Part shown: positions 9,284-18,272 of the stretch, in pieces | Numbering within the stretch: position 1 is the stretch's first letter | How the letters are laid out: the number at the start of each line of letters is the position of its first letter | Source: Chlamydiota bacterium | GTDB taxonomy: Bacteria; Chlamydiota; Chlamydiia; Chlamydiales; JACKPQ01 | Length of the DNA stretch: 64,000 bases | Reading direction: 5' to 3' | Assembly: GCA_021772435.1 (NCBI GenBank) | Contig: JAJFLZ010000018.1 | Span: forward strand, 199 to 64,198 | Notes under the pieces: generated by a model | Told to the model about the DNA's origin: nothing | Databases searched by the model: none | The model's input: only the letters and a program-made list of their open reading frames with translations | Made by a program: the position numbers and the translations under genes

Positions 9284-9312
9284 ATTATACCAAAAAAGCC
9301 GTATTTCGTCAA
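9284..9312 (-). promoter_or_regulatory. Sigma70-type promoter TTGACG-17-TATAAT predicting a leaderless mRNA for the 320-aa gene
   Basis: The minus strand reads aacTTGACGaaatacggcttttttggTATAATaccggcATG. The spacer is exactly 17 nt, and the ATG (9277) lies 6 nt after the -10 hexamer, where +1 is expected. No SD is present. Confidence 0.6.
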
Positions 9313-9453
9313 GTTAGATTTTGAGCTGAAAATAAATGCTTTCTATAAATTTAGCTAAGCTTGGCTCCTCAAATTTTTCGGCAAAAGCGAGGGGCATTAT
9401 CCATGAGAAACGACGCCGCTAAAAACCGGTATTTTGAATTTACTTCGGTATAC

Positions 9454-10356
9454 CTATTTTGTAGATGATAATAGATGTTTATTTGCATGACTCCAATCTT
9501 TACCAAATTGTATTGCCATCCATCGATTTAAAACTGAAATGATACTTTCTATCGATTCGGGAAGACTCATCAGGTTTTTTTGTGTCCTATTCTTTCTTAA
9601 ATAACTATTCCAATTTTTCTGAAGAGCTTCAAACTCATCATTATTAAATATGACTGGTAATTTACTAAGAAGGGTTTTTCTATGACGAAACACCAACTCA
9701 ACAGCTTTTTTCGCAAGTGGGCCATCTAAAGCAGATAACTGGATAAGTGAATAAATATCATGAAAATCTTTCATTCTCGTATTGCTACTTCCTCGGAACA
9801 CAACTGTTTCTAATTTCTCGGCAAAAATGAACTCTTTAGGATAACACTGCAACGTAATCCTGCTCTCAAAAAGTGGCCCTTTCGATGTTGCTGTTAAATC
9901 TATTGGGTGTTCAACCGATTCTACGCAATCACCAAATCCTAAATCCATGCGCATGGTCGTTCTTGTAGCTCCAAATAGAGCTCTAAGTGTAATTTCGGCC
10001 CCTGTATAAGCTAGTTGGGAATGGTCTAGGATTTTGATTTTAACCAATTCAAAAGCAAAGCTATCTTCCACGCTGATCTCGCAAATGGCTTGTAAAACGA
10101 TCTTCAGAGACTGCTGTGCGTTGGACAATTTACGCACAAAAAAATCAAGATCCATGGTTTCTCTGCCAATATAGATATATTTTGCTAAAAGAGTACCACC
10201 TTTAAGTATAAATTTTTCTTTATACGGAGATTGAGCTAAGCGAATTAAAAATCTCTCGAGAATTAAATTCCTCCAAAGCTCAGCAAAAGTGGTCTCTCTC
10301 TGCTTGGCCAAAGCTTTGATTTTCTCTTTGATTGATTGTTCAATGGCATTTTTCAT
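9454..10356 (-). CDS. abiEii: AbiEii/AbiGii-family nucleotidyltransferase toxin (type IV TA)
   Basis: 300-aa ORF. The N-terminal ERFLIRLAQSPYKEKFILKGGTLLAKYIYIGRETMDLDFF matches the DUF1814/AbiEii NTase signature (KGG...R.T.DLDF). An ATGA overlap couples it to the upstream antitoxin gene. Confidence 0.85.
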   Translation of the reverse strand: MKNAIEQSIKEKIKALAKQRETTFAELWRNLILERFLIRLAQSPYKEKFILKGGTLLAKYIYIGRETMDLDFFVRKLSNAQQSLKIVLQAICEISVEDSFAFELVKIKILDHSQLAYTGAEITLRALFGATRTTMRMDLGFGDCVESVEHPIDLTATSKGPLFESRITLQCYPKEFIFAEKLETVVFRGSSNTRMKDFHDIYSLIQLSALDGPLAKKAVELVFRHRKTLLSKLPVIFNNDEFEALQKNWNSYLRKNRTQKNLMSLPESIESIISVLNRWMAIQFGKDWSHANKHLLSSTK

Positions 10357-10949
10357 AACATGAAGGCCGAAATGTAAGAGGTTATGTCAACTCTAAGCTT
10401 TTTTGAATATCTTAAGAGCTTTTCGATGTCTGGCTTTTTATTTTTGCATTCTTTCAAATAAATTTGTAGTGCTTTTAACGCTGTTTCTTTGTCCAAATAG
10501 CGAAAGGCATCTACTATCGTGCGCTCGCGATCGAAAATTTTGAGTTTTCTATTATCGATTTTAACAGTTGTTTGGCCAAGAGTTATATTTCGCATCCGAA
10601 TGACACGAGTATTTTCCCTAACTGGAGCTGAAGTCGTATGTGCAACAGCAATCCAAAACTGTCGCATGATTTCATCAGTCAAATCGTAATAGCATAAAGC
10701 CGAAACTAGACAGATGACCCCATTGGGAATACTTAACGCAGTAACAGCAAGGTCTTCCCATTCAAATCCTTCGTGAAAATCGAAATTGTTAATTTTATAC
10801 ATCCCTCGGCTAATCCGTTCGATTTGCCCTTTTTCACAAAAATAAGCGAGCATTCTAGAAGGGATTCCTGCTTTTCGTCCTTCTGCGGAAGAGAACACCG
10901 CTTTTTTTGACAGAGCTTTTAGCGCTACTGCATACTTTGATTTTGCCAT
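10353..10949 (-). CDS. abiEi: AbiEi-family antitoxin / transcriptional regulator (type IV TA)
   Basis: 198-aa ORF. The N-terminal wHTH-like segment (AGIPSRMLAYFCEKGQIERISRGMYKI) is typical of AbiEi_4. It lies immediately 5' of abiEii with a 4-nt overlap. Confidence 0.8.
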   Translation of the reverse strand: MAKSKYAVALKALSKKAVFSSAEGRKAGIPSRMLAYFCEKGQIERISRGMYKINNFDFHEGFEWEDLAVTALSIPNGVICLVSALCYYDLTDEIMRQFWIAVAHTTSAPVRENTRVIRMRNITLGQTTVKIDNRKLKIFDRERTIVDAFRYLDKETALKALQIYLKECKNKKPDIEKLLRYSKKLRVDITSYISAFML

Positions 10950-10972
10950 ATTTAATATGTAACACAGAAACC

Positions 10973-11044
10973 CATTTATTACAATTGGGTGCTGCTATTA
11001 CATTTATTGCAAGGCATTTAGTTGTTATACACTTATTGTAAGGG
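10973..11044. promoter_or_regulatory. Three direct repeats CAYTTATTRYAAGG at 28-29 bp spacing upstream of abiEi (candidate operators)
   Basis: catttattacaattggg (10973), catttattgcaaggc (11001) and cacttattgtaaggg (11030) lie 24-95 nt upstream of the abiEi start codon (10949, minus strand). Confidence 0.4.
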
Positions 11045-11162
11045 TCTTATAATATTTAAGCCGTTTCAGTATCGCCATATTTAACGCTTTTGATGTTGAA
11101 AAATTTGAAGTGTACAGGATTATAGGGGTCTGCTATACTGGTCTAAAAATTGGAGTTGTCAC

Positions 11163-11324
11163 ATGGCTAAGAAGAAAACCCGTGAAGCAGTTAAACTTAA
11201 AAGCTCAGAGAGCGATCACATGTATTGGACGCGCAAGAATAAGAAGAAATGCCCAGAGCGCATGGAACGCAATAAGTATGATCCAACTCTTAGACGCCAC
11301 GTGCTTTACAAAGAATCTAAATAA
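11163..11324 (+). CDS. rpmG: 50S ribosomal protein L33 (below the ORF-track length cutoff)
   Basis: Hand translation gives MAKKKTREAVKLKSSESDHMYWTRKNKKKCPERMERNKYDPTLRRHVLYKESK (53 aa), which fits the L33 pattern (Y.T.KNK....R.E..KYDP..R.HV..KE.K). SD ggag lies upstream. Its TAA is followed directly by the lolC ATG. Confidence 0.85.
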   Translation: MAKKKTREAVKLKSSESDHMYWTRKNKKKCPERMERNKYDPTLRRHVLYKESK

Positions 11325-12776
11325 ATGAAATTTGAGCTTGGGCTCGCTAAAAAATATCTTTTGCCCAAACGCAGGCAATTAAGTGTCTCTTTAATTTGCT
11401 TGCTATCTGTTTTTGTCATCACACTTGTGGTGTGGCTACTTTTGACGTTTTTGTCTGTGATGAGCGGCATCGAAAAGGGCTGGCTCGCCAAATTAACATC
11501 ACTCAATGCCCCCTTACGCATTAATCCTACTGAAAAGTATTTTAACTCATATTACTACAAAATCGATTCAGTGTCTGGCGCCTCCCATTATTCTGTAAAG
11601 ACAATTGGTGAAAAGCTGCGCTCAGAATGGGTCGATCCATACGACACAGAAAGCGATATGGAAATCCCCCTCGATTGGCAGCTGCCCGAGAAAAATACTG
11701 AGGGAGAGTCGCTTGATCTGGTTAAGGAAGCTTTTGCAGCAGTCGACAAGGTGTCTCATACGGCAGCTCAAGAGTATGATATGAGCGGCGCCATGCTCAG
11801 GTTAAAACTGGTGCGTGGTGATTTCCACAGTTTTGTTACGCAAGCTGCCTATTTGACAACGTTTGCTGATCAAAGCCCTACAGTAAAAAAACTTCTTTCT
11901 GAGCCGATGGATGAAATTTTACCCAATGATCGGGGCGAACCAGGGATTTTGATCCCGAAAAGCTTTGAAGGTAATGGCGTGAGGCAAGGCGATCGCGGCT
12001 TTTTGTCGTACGGCAGCGGCTCTACAGGACAGGAGCAAAGATTAGGTGTGTACGTAGCCGGTTTTTACGACCCAGGCATTATGTCAATTGGCCCCAAATG
12101 CTTGCTCGTGCCCAAGTCTATCGCTGAGAATTTGCACACAGCCGGTGAAGCCTATACCCTCGATCGCACGCAAGCAACCGGTATTCAGGTTTGGTTTGAC
12201 GATTTGAAAGAGGCCCAGGCGATTAAGGCGAAGCTTCAAGACGAGTTTGAACAAAGGGGCATCGCACCGTATTTTACGATTACAACTTATCACGATTATG
12301 ATTTTGCTAAGGATCTGCTCCAGCAGTTTGAAAGCGATAAGATGCTGTTTACATTGATTGGCGTGATTATTTTGGTCGTGGCTGCTAGCAATATTATTTC
12401 ATCGCTGATTTTGCTTGTGAATAACAAGAAAAAAGAGATCGGTATTTTGCAGTCGATGGGAGCTAGCCGAGCTAGCATCACGATGGTGTTTGCCATTTGC
12501 GGGATCACAATTGGCCTTGTGAGCTCACTCGTTGGCGGCTTAGCTGCCTATTTGACATTGCATAACATTGATCATGTCGTGCAGTTTTTGAGCTGGATGC
12601 AGGGTCACGATATGTTTAATGCGCTCTTTTACGGCGCCAGCCTTCCAAACACTTTAAGCGCTGATAGTGTGAAATTCATTTTGATTGCAACACCGCTGAT
12701 CTCTCTTTTGGCAGGCCTTGTGCCGGCGATTAAAGCCTCCCGCATGCAACCGAGCGATATTTTGAGGTCGTCATGA
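11325..12776 (+). CDS. lolC: LolC/E-family lipoprotein-releasing system permease (FtsX-like)
   Basis: 483-aa ORF with an N-terminal TM, a large periplasmic loop, then the C-terminal FtsX domain (KKKEIGILQSMGASRASI and 3 TM). It lies upstream of lolD with a 4-nt overlap. Confidence 0.8.
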   Translation: MKFELGLAKKYLLPKRRQLSVSLICLLSVFVITLVVWLLLTFLSVMSGIEKGWLAKLTSLNAPLRINPTEKYFNSYYYKIDSVSGASHYSVKTIGEKLRSEWVDPYDTESDMEIPLDWQLPEKNTEGESLDLVKEAFAAVDKVSHTAAQEYDMSGAMLRLKLVRGDFHSFVTQAAYLTTFADQSPTVKKLLSEPMDEILPNDRGEPGILIPKSFEGNGVRQGDRGFLSYGSGSTGQEQRLGVYVAGFYDPGIMSIGPKCLLVPKSIAENLHTAGEAYTLDRTQATGIQVWFDDLKEAQAIKAKLQDEFEQRGIAPYFTITTYHDYDFAKDLLQQFESDKMLFTLIGVIILVVAASNIISSLILLVNNKKKEIGILQSMGASRASITMVFAICGITIGLVSSLVGGLAAYLTLHNIDHVVQFLSWMQGHDMFNALFYGASLPNTLSADSVKFILIATPLISLLAGLVPAIKASRMQPSDILRSS

Positions 12777-13405
12777 GCGTTTTAAAATGTAAAAATTTGA
12801 AAAAAGCTTATCCAGGGCTAGAGCTGCTCAAGGGCATTGATCTAGATATCCATAACGGACAGAGCCTCGCGATCATGGGTCCATCCGGCGTGGGTAAAAG
12901 TACGCTTTTGCATTTGCTCGGCCTTTTGGATGCGCCCGATGCTGGCACGATCGAAATTTTGGGCCAGCCGGTAAAAAAACGAGACTATCCCTTATTTCGC
13001 AATCGCCATATTGGCTTTGTGTTTCAGGCGTTTCATCTGCTTGAAGATGAGTCGGTGCTTACAAATGTTTTGATGCCAGCAAAAATTGGTCGGCTTGATC
13101 GTAAATCCAGAGCCTTAGAGCTGATCGAACGCGTTGGACTCAAGGGACGCGAAAAACAACTCGCTAAGCACCTATCTGGCGGGGAAAAACAACGCGTTGC
13201 AATTGCAAGGGCGCTTTGTAATGACCCTGATTTGATCTTTGCCGATGAGCCTACCGGTAACCTCGATGAGGGCTGCTCAAAAGAGATCCAAGATCTGCTA
13301 TTTCAAACCGCATGGAATAAAGCTCTTGTCATCGTCACACACGATACAAATTTAGCTAGTGCATGCGATAAAACCCTCACATTGAATCACGGCTTGCTAA
13401 AATAA
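12773..13405 (+). CDS. lolD: Lipoprotein-releasing system ATP-binding protein
   Basis: 210-aa ORF with Walker [13 protein letters not shown] signature [15 protein letters not shown], and Walker [13 protein letters not shown]. Confidence 0.88.
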   Translation: MSVLKCKNLKKAYPGLELLKGIDLDIHNGQSLAIMGPSGVGKSTLLHLLGLLDAPDAGTIEILGQPVKKRDYPLFRNRHIGFVFQAFHLLEDESVLTNVLMPAKIGRLDRKSRALELIERVGLKGREKQLAKHLSGGEKQRVAIARALCNDPDLIFADEPTGNLDEGCSKEIQDLLFQTAWNKALVIVTHDTNLASACDKTLTLNHGLLK

Positions 13406-13423
13406 TTTTTTCTTGGCATACCA

Positions 13424-15709
13424 ATGTTAATGAAAAAATTAGCCATTCTGTCTCTAGGCACGCTCTCATTATCAGCTGCCATATCGACACCGTCACAATT
13501 TGTTCTCAAACATCGTGAGCATAACGGCATTGGTTACAATACCGGCTACACGACCGCAGAAGCTTTTTTAGCCAGCAGATGGAAAAACGGATTTATGCCA
13601 TATGCCGATTTACGTGGCCATGCGCTCGATGATGGTAGATTTGCAGCAAATGCTGGCCTTGGATTGCGCTACAATTGGGCTGGATATACCGTAGGCGGCA
13701 ATTTTTACTATGACTACCGCGACGCTAAAAACCTTCAACCTCAACAACTCGGCGGTGGCCTAGAGTTTTTAACAAACAGCTACGACATTCGCATCAATGG
13801 CTACGGTCCCATTGCCGATACGACAGTGGAAAAGGCTCCCAAATTTGTTAAATTTCAAGGTAACGGAGCCATTTTTAGACGTCGATTTAAAGCAGCATTG
13901 CCTATGATCGAAGGTGAATATGGAATGCCGTTTGGATTGCGTTGTGGTTTGGCAAATTTTTACGGCGCTATCGGCCCTTACTATCTGTTTGAGAAAAAAA
14001 TCAGCGGCAATAGATTGGGCGATGCAGTTGGCGGACAGGCAAGAGTTATGCTCGATGTCATTCAACGCTTTGGATTTCAGTTTAATTTTTCGTATGACAA
14101 GATTTACAAGTGGGTTTTACAAGGCACAGCAGGGATTTCAATTCCGCTTGGCAATAGAGAGACCATTTTTAAAAGCAAAAGCTTCTTGTGTGAGGCTCGC
14201 AATCAACTCCCCGTACGCAAAGAAATTATTCCAATCGATTGCAAAAGCAAAAGAGCACTGAGCTCATCGCGCATTATTTTTGTCGATAACACCTCTAGCT
14301 CAGATGGAACGTTTGAGAGCCCTTATCCGACAACTGCCTTAGCCATGGCAAATTCAAACTCAGGCGATATTATCTATATCTTCCCAGGCGATGGCACAAC
14401 GACTGGGTACAGTACAGCGATTACAATGCTACCCAATCAAACCATTCAAGGATCTGGCGTCAAGCTAGATTTAGGAGGTGGGCTCGTTGTCCCAGCACAA
14501 ACAAATCTGTTTCCAAAATTAACAAGCCCTGGAAACACGATCACACTCACGCAAAACAACACAGTGAAGGGATTAAATATCACCTCAGCTGGCGCAGCAG
14601 GCGTTATCCAAGGACCAACAATTAGCGGGACAAACCGTATTGAACAAAATTTTATTCACAATTGTCTTAACGGGATCAATGTGGGTTCTAGCACGACTTC
14701 TACAAATTATGTCATTATAAAGAATACGATTCGACAGTGCACACAAGATGGCATCTTACTAAATCTAACTGGAGTTTCAAGCAATCAGGTCAACGCTGTA
14801 ATTGCTCAAAATACGGCATCTGGCATTGGTGCCAATGCTGTTTCCATCGATGCCACTGGAGGAGCCACAGCTGGAGTCGCTGTTATCGATAACCAAATTG
14901 GAACATCAACCAATGGCCTTGTTTTTGACACAACATCTGTAGCCCAGGCCAATGTTTTAGCTAAATATAATCAAGCATCGGGGGCGATGACTAATGGCAT
15001 GCTACTTGCTTCGTCAGACACCTCAACTGGCACCTACACGCTCACTGGCAATATTGTAAACGGCGGGACAAACGCTGTCCAAATTAATACAGCGCTTTCT
15101 GGAACTCTATCAGCAAATTTGGTCCGAAATAGATTAATAGATGGTGGATCTAACTCCGATGGGATTTTAAATATAGTTTCTGGAGGCACGACAACATTAG
15201 CTGTCGATTTAACTGAAAATATCATCACCGGTTTAGGTGTTGGAACATTAATAGATGGAATTACAGCTACAAACTTTTCTCTAACCGCTACAAATAATTT
15301 ATACTACAACACGTCAAATGGTGGTATTTTCAATACCGGAATCATCACTGTAACAGGTGATTATTCGTATCATTTAACAGGCAACCGATTTATAAATATT
15401 ACGACAAGACCTATTCGCCTTGCCTCGCAGTCGGCAACGTTGATGCAAGCTGATCTATTTAATAACGTCTTGCAAGGCACCATCCAAGATGCAACTTTAC
15501 TCGTTGCAGATGGTGGTAACATCTGCGCTACAATTATTGGAAACAGCGCTCCAGGTTTTAATTTAGAACTGAATCAATCGAATCCTGCGATACTGCAAAT
15601 TGAATCTCCCTCACCCGTTTCCTCAGCAAGTGTGCTCGCAATGAATGGTTTTGACGCTATTTCGGAGACAGGAACAATTACATACGTTCCCTTCGGCACT
15701 TGTCCGTAA
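13424..15709 (+). CDS. Outer-membrane protein with N-terminal inverse-autotransporter-like beta-barrel and C-terminal right-handed beta-helix passenger
   Basis: 761-aa ORF with a signal peptide (MLMKKLAILSLGTLSLSAA). Residues ~25-245 carry GLGLRYNWAGYTVGGNFYYDYRDAK...GGGLEFLTNSYDIRINGYGPI, like the intimin/invasin beta-domain. Residues ~285-761 start with a beta-helix cap (IIFVDNTSSSDGTFESPYPT...GDIIYIFPGDG) followed by many ~22-aa N/G/T-rich PbH1-type repeats. Confidence 0.65.
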   Translation: MLMKKLAILSLGTLSLSAAISTPSQFVLKHREHNGIGYNTGYTTAEAFLASRWKNGFMPYADLRGHALDDGRFAANAGLGLRYNWAGYTVGGNFYYDYRDAKNLQPQQLGGGLEFLTNSYDIRINGYGPIADTTVEKAPKFVKFQGNGAIFRRRFKAALPMIEGEYGMPFGLRCGLANFYGAIGPYYLFEKKISGNRLGDAVGGQARVMLDVIQRFGFQFNFSYDKIYKWVLQGTAGISIPLGNRETIFKSKSFLCEARNQLPVRKEIIPIDCKSKRALSSSRIIFVDNTSSSDGTFESPYPTTALAMANSNSGDIIYIFPGDGTTTGYSTAITMLPNQTIQGSGVKLDLGGGLVVPAQTNLFPKLTSPGNTITLTQNNTVKGLNITSAGAAGVIQGPTISGTNRIEQNFIHNCLNGINVGSSTTSTNYVIIKNTIRQCTQDGILLNLTGVSSNQVNAVIAQNTASGIGANAVSIDATGGATAGVAVIDNQIGTSTNGLVFDTTSVAQANVLAKYNQASGAMTNGMLLASSDTSTGTYTLTGNIVNGGTNAVQINTALSGTLSANLVRNRLIDGGSNSDGILNIVSGGTTTLAVDLTENIITGLGVGTLIDGITATNFSLTATNNLYYNTSNGGIFNTGIITVTGDYSYHLTGNRFINITTRPIRLASQSATLMQADLFNNVLQGTIQDATLLVADGGNICATIIGNSAPGFNLELNQSNPAILQIESPSPVSSASVLAMNGFDAISETGTITYVPFGTCP

Positions 15710-15735
15710 AGCCCAAACTCTGGCATACTAACCAC

Positions 15736-17043
15736 ATGAAGATTCTTATTGTTGGAACCGGCTATGTCGGTTTAGTCTCAGGAGCTTGCTTTGCAGAAAT
15801 GGGGCACCATGTCATCTGCTTAGACATCGATCAAAAAAAAATTGACAGGCTGAAAGTAGGAGAAATTCCTATCTATGAGCCAGGATTAGAGGAGCTTGTC
15901 AAGCGCAGCTGCAAAGCTGGTAGGCTAGAGTTCACAAGCAGCTACTCAGATGGAGTTAAAAACTCTAATGTTTGTTTTATTTGTGTTCCTACGCCGCCAG
16001 ATGAGGATGGCTCAGCTGACTTGAGTTATGTTCTAGCAGCCGCTAGATCCATTGCTGAAAATATGGATGGCTACCAACTGATTGTGGACAAGTCGACGGT
16101 GCCAGTCGGCACAGCGGCTGCTGTAAAAGAAGCTATTCAAAAACATACAGATCATCCCTTCGATGTCGTCTCCAATCCCGAATTTTTGAAAGAAGGCTCA
16201 GCCATTTCCGACTGCATGAAGCCAGACCGTGTTGTGATTGGCTGTGATAGTGAAAAAGCAACCCAGCTCATGAAAGAGATTTATGCGCCGTTTATGGTTA
16301 GCCACGATCGTTTAATCGTGATGGATGTGGTCTCAGCTGAGATGACTAAATACGCAGCTAATGCAATGCTAGCAACCCGCATCTCTTTTATGAATGAGCT
16401 CTCACGTATCTGCGAAAAGGTCGGCGCCAATGTGAATAACGTACGCATCGGCATCGGGTCAGATGCCCGCATCGGCTACCACTTTTTATACCCAGGCGTG
16501 GGTTACGGCGGCTCTTGCTTCCCAAAAGATATCCAGGCCCTTCGGGCAACTGCTGAAGAGCTAAATGTAAAAACTCCCCTTCTCGATGCTGTCGATGAGG
16601 TCAATGACACGCAAAAAGAGATCTTACCTCAAAAAATTAAAAAGTATTTTGGAAATGTCAAAGATAAGCAGATCGCGATTTGGGGTCTTGCTTTTAAGCC
16701 CGATACCGATGACATCCGTCAAGCTCCTGCACTCAAATTAATCGAAAAGCTTCAAGCTGCTGGCGCTAAATTGCGACTCTATGACCCTGTTGCAATGGAC
16801 AATGTCAAAAACCATCTTGGGTCTTGCGATAATATTCAGTTTTGCGCATCCGAATATGATTGCGCCAAGGGCGCTGATGCGATTGCTCTTTTGACTGAAT
16901 GGAAGCAATTTCGACTGCTCGATTTTGACAAGGTTCAAAAAGAGATGAAGGGCAAGGCTTTTTTTGATGGTCGCAACCAATACAAGCCATGTGAAATGCG
17001 CAAAAAAGGGTTTGACTACCATGCCATTGGCATCCCAGATTGA
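15736..17043 (+). CDS. ugd: UDP-glucose 6-dehydrogenase
   Basis: The ORF track starts at 15700, but the family-typical N-terminus MKILIVGTGYVGLVSG begins at ATG 15736. GGSCFPKD is the catalytic Cys motif. Confidence 0.9.
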   Translation: MKILIVGTGYVGLVSGACFAEMGHHVICLDIDQKKIDRLKVGEIPIYEPGLEELVKRSCKAGRLEFTSSYSDGVKNSNVCFICVPTPPDEDGSADLSYVLAAARSIAENMDGYQLIVDKSTVPVGTAAAVKEAIQKHTDHPFDVVSNPEFLKEGSAISDCMKPDRVVIGCDSEKATQLMKEIYAPFMVSHDRLIVMDVVSAEMTKYAANAMLATRISFMNELSRICEKVGANVNNVRIGIGSDARIGYHFLYPGVGYGGSCFPKDIQALRATAEELNVKTPLLDAVDEVNDTQKEILPQKIKKYFGNVKDKQIAIWGLAFKPDTDDIRQAPALKLIEKLQAAGAKLRLYDPVAMDNVKNHLGSCDNIQFCASEYDCAKGADAIALLTEWKQFRLLDFDKVQKEMKGKAFFDGRNQYKPCEMRKKGFDYHAIGIPD

Positions 17044-17743
17044 CATTGAGCCTTATCTAGACTCGTGTATTCCAAAATCGGATGAGCTACCATTTAAATT
17101 GGCCCGTTATGCTCTTTTTTCAGGGGGCAAGCGCTTTAGGCCAAAACTTGTGCTTTCTATCTGTAATGAGAAGGGTTTAGCTGCTGCCGCTAGTATCGAA
17201 TGTTTGCATACCTACTCTCTTATTCACGACGATCTACCTTGCATGGATGATGACGACCTTAGGCGTGGCAAACCAACGCTTCACAAAGCCTTTGATGAAG
17301 GACAAGCACTGCTTGCTGGCGACTATCTGCAAACACTTAGCTTTCAACTTTTAGCTAAAAGCCACTACACGCCTGATCAAAAGATCGAGCTGATCCAAAT
17401 TTTAAGCGAAGCTTCCACAGATATGGTCATAGGGCAAGCCCGTGATTTATCAGAGCCGCCTCAAAATTTTGATGAGCTCAAAGCGATGCATGCAGGTAAA
17501 ACTGGCGCTTTGATGCGCGCTAGTCTACTCTTTGGAGCCTGTTTAATCGACCGTGACAGAGAAAAGCTTGCCAAGTGCGGCGCTGCCCTAGGGCTTGCTT
17601 TTCAATTGTTTGATGACGTTGCCGATGGCGATTTCTTTTTGCCAGAAAATGAAATGCTAAGGCTTGCAAACCAATACAAACAAGAATCACTTGATCTAGC
17701 AGCAAATTATCCCCAGTTGCAAGATCTCATTCGTATGCTATGA
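17021..17743 (+). CDS. ispA: Short-chain polyprenyl (farnesyl/geranylgeranyl) diphosphate synthase
   Basis: It has the first aspartate-rich motif LIHDDLPCMDDDDLRRGKPT and the second FQLFDDVAD. The start at ATG 17021 (MPLASQ...) is preferred over the track start 16964, which overlaps ugd by 80 nt. Confidence 0.8.
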   Translation: MPLASQIDIEPYLDSCIPKSDELPFKLARYALFSGGKRFRPKLVLSICNEKGLAAAASIECLHTYSLIHDDLPCMDDDDLRRGKPTLHKAFDEGQALLAGDYLQTLSFQLLAKSHYTPDQKIELIQILSEASTDMVIGQARDLSEPPQNFDELKAMHAGKTGALMRASLLFGACLIDRDREKLAKCGAALGLAFQLFDDVADGDFFLPENEMLRLANQYKQESLDLAANYPQLQDLIRML

Positions 17744-17750
17744 TTAGCAC

Positions 17751-18272
17751 ATGGTCCCAAAGTTAACTGTCGTCTTCTTGCTCTCCTTATTTTGCGCGCT
17801 CGTGGGACCTGTCGTTTTGCCATCGATGCGCCTTCTAGCCTTTGCCCCTTTCTTGGTAATATTGTACACGCGATTACCGCACATTCACTGTCTGTGGTGC
17901 GCCTTTGGGTGTGGTCTTTTGATCGATTTGCTCTCGTCTAATTTACAACTCGGCGCGCATGCACTCAACTACGTGTTGGTTACACTTATTTTATTTCGCA
18001 TTCGCAAATTTTTCTTTGCACATAAACCCGTTGCCCTAGCGCTCTTTACAGCGCTTTTCTCCATTTTATCATGTAGCTTGCAACTGATCATCATGGCCAT
18101 CTACGGCCAGCATATCCCATTTGGACTAGCCAGCTTTTTATCAGACTTTATTCTCATGCCGCTTTGCGACGGCCTCTATGCATTTTTAGGTTACACCTGC
18201 CCCATCTACGCTTACCGGGGCTTGCGCAAATCAATCAAAAAGATCAAAATGGTCTCATATGCCACAAAATAA
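17751..18272 (+). CDS. Polytopic membrane protein, tentatively MreD-like
   Basis: 173-aa ORF with about 5 hydrophobic helices. The central FGCGLLIDLLSSNLQLGAHALNYVLV resembles the MreD G..D....LG..AL pattern. The name is tentative. Confidence 0.35.
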   Translation: MVPKLTVVFLLSLFCALVGPVVLPSMRLLAFAPFLVILYTRLPHIHCLWCAFGCGLLIDLLSSNLQLGAHALNYVLVTLILFRIRKFFFAHKPVALALFTALFSILSCSLQLIIMAIYGQHIPFGLASFLSDFILMPLCDGLYAFLGYTCPIYAYRGLRKSIKKIKMVSYATK

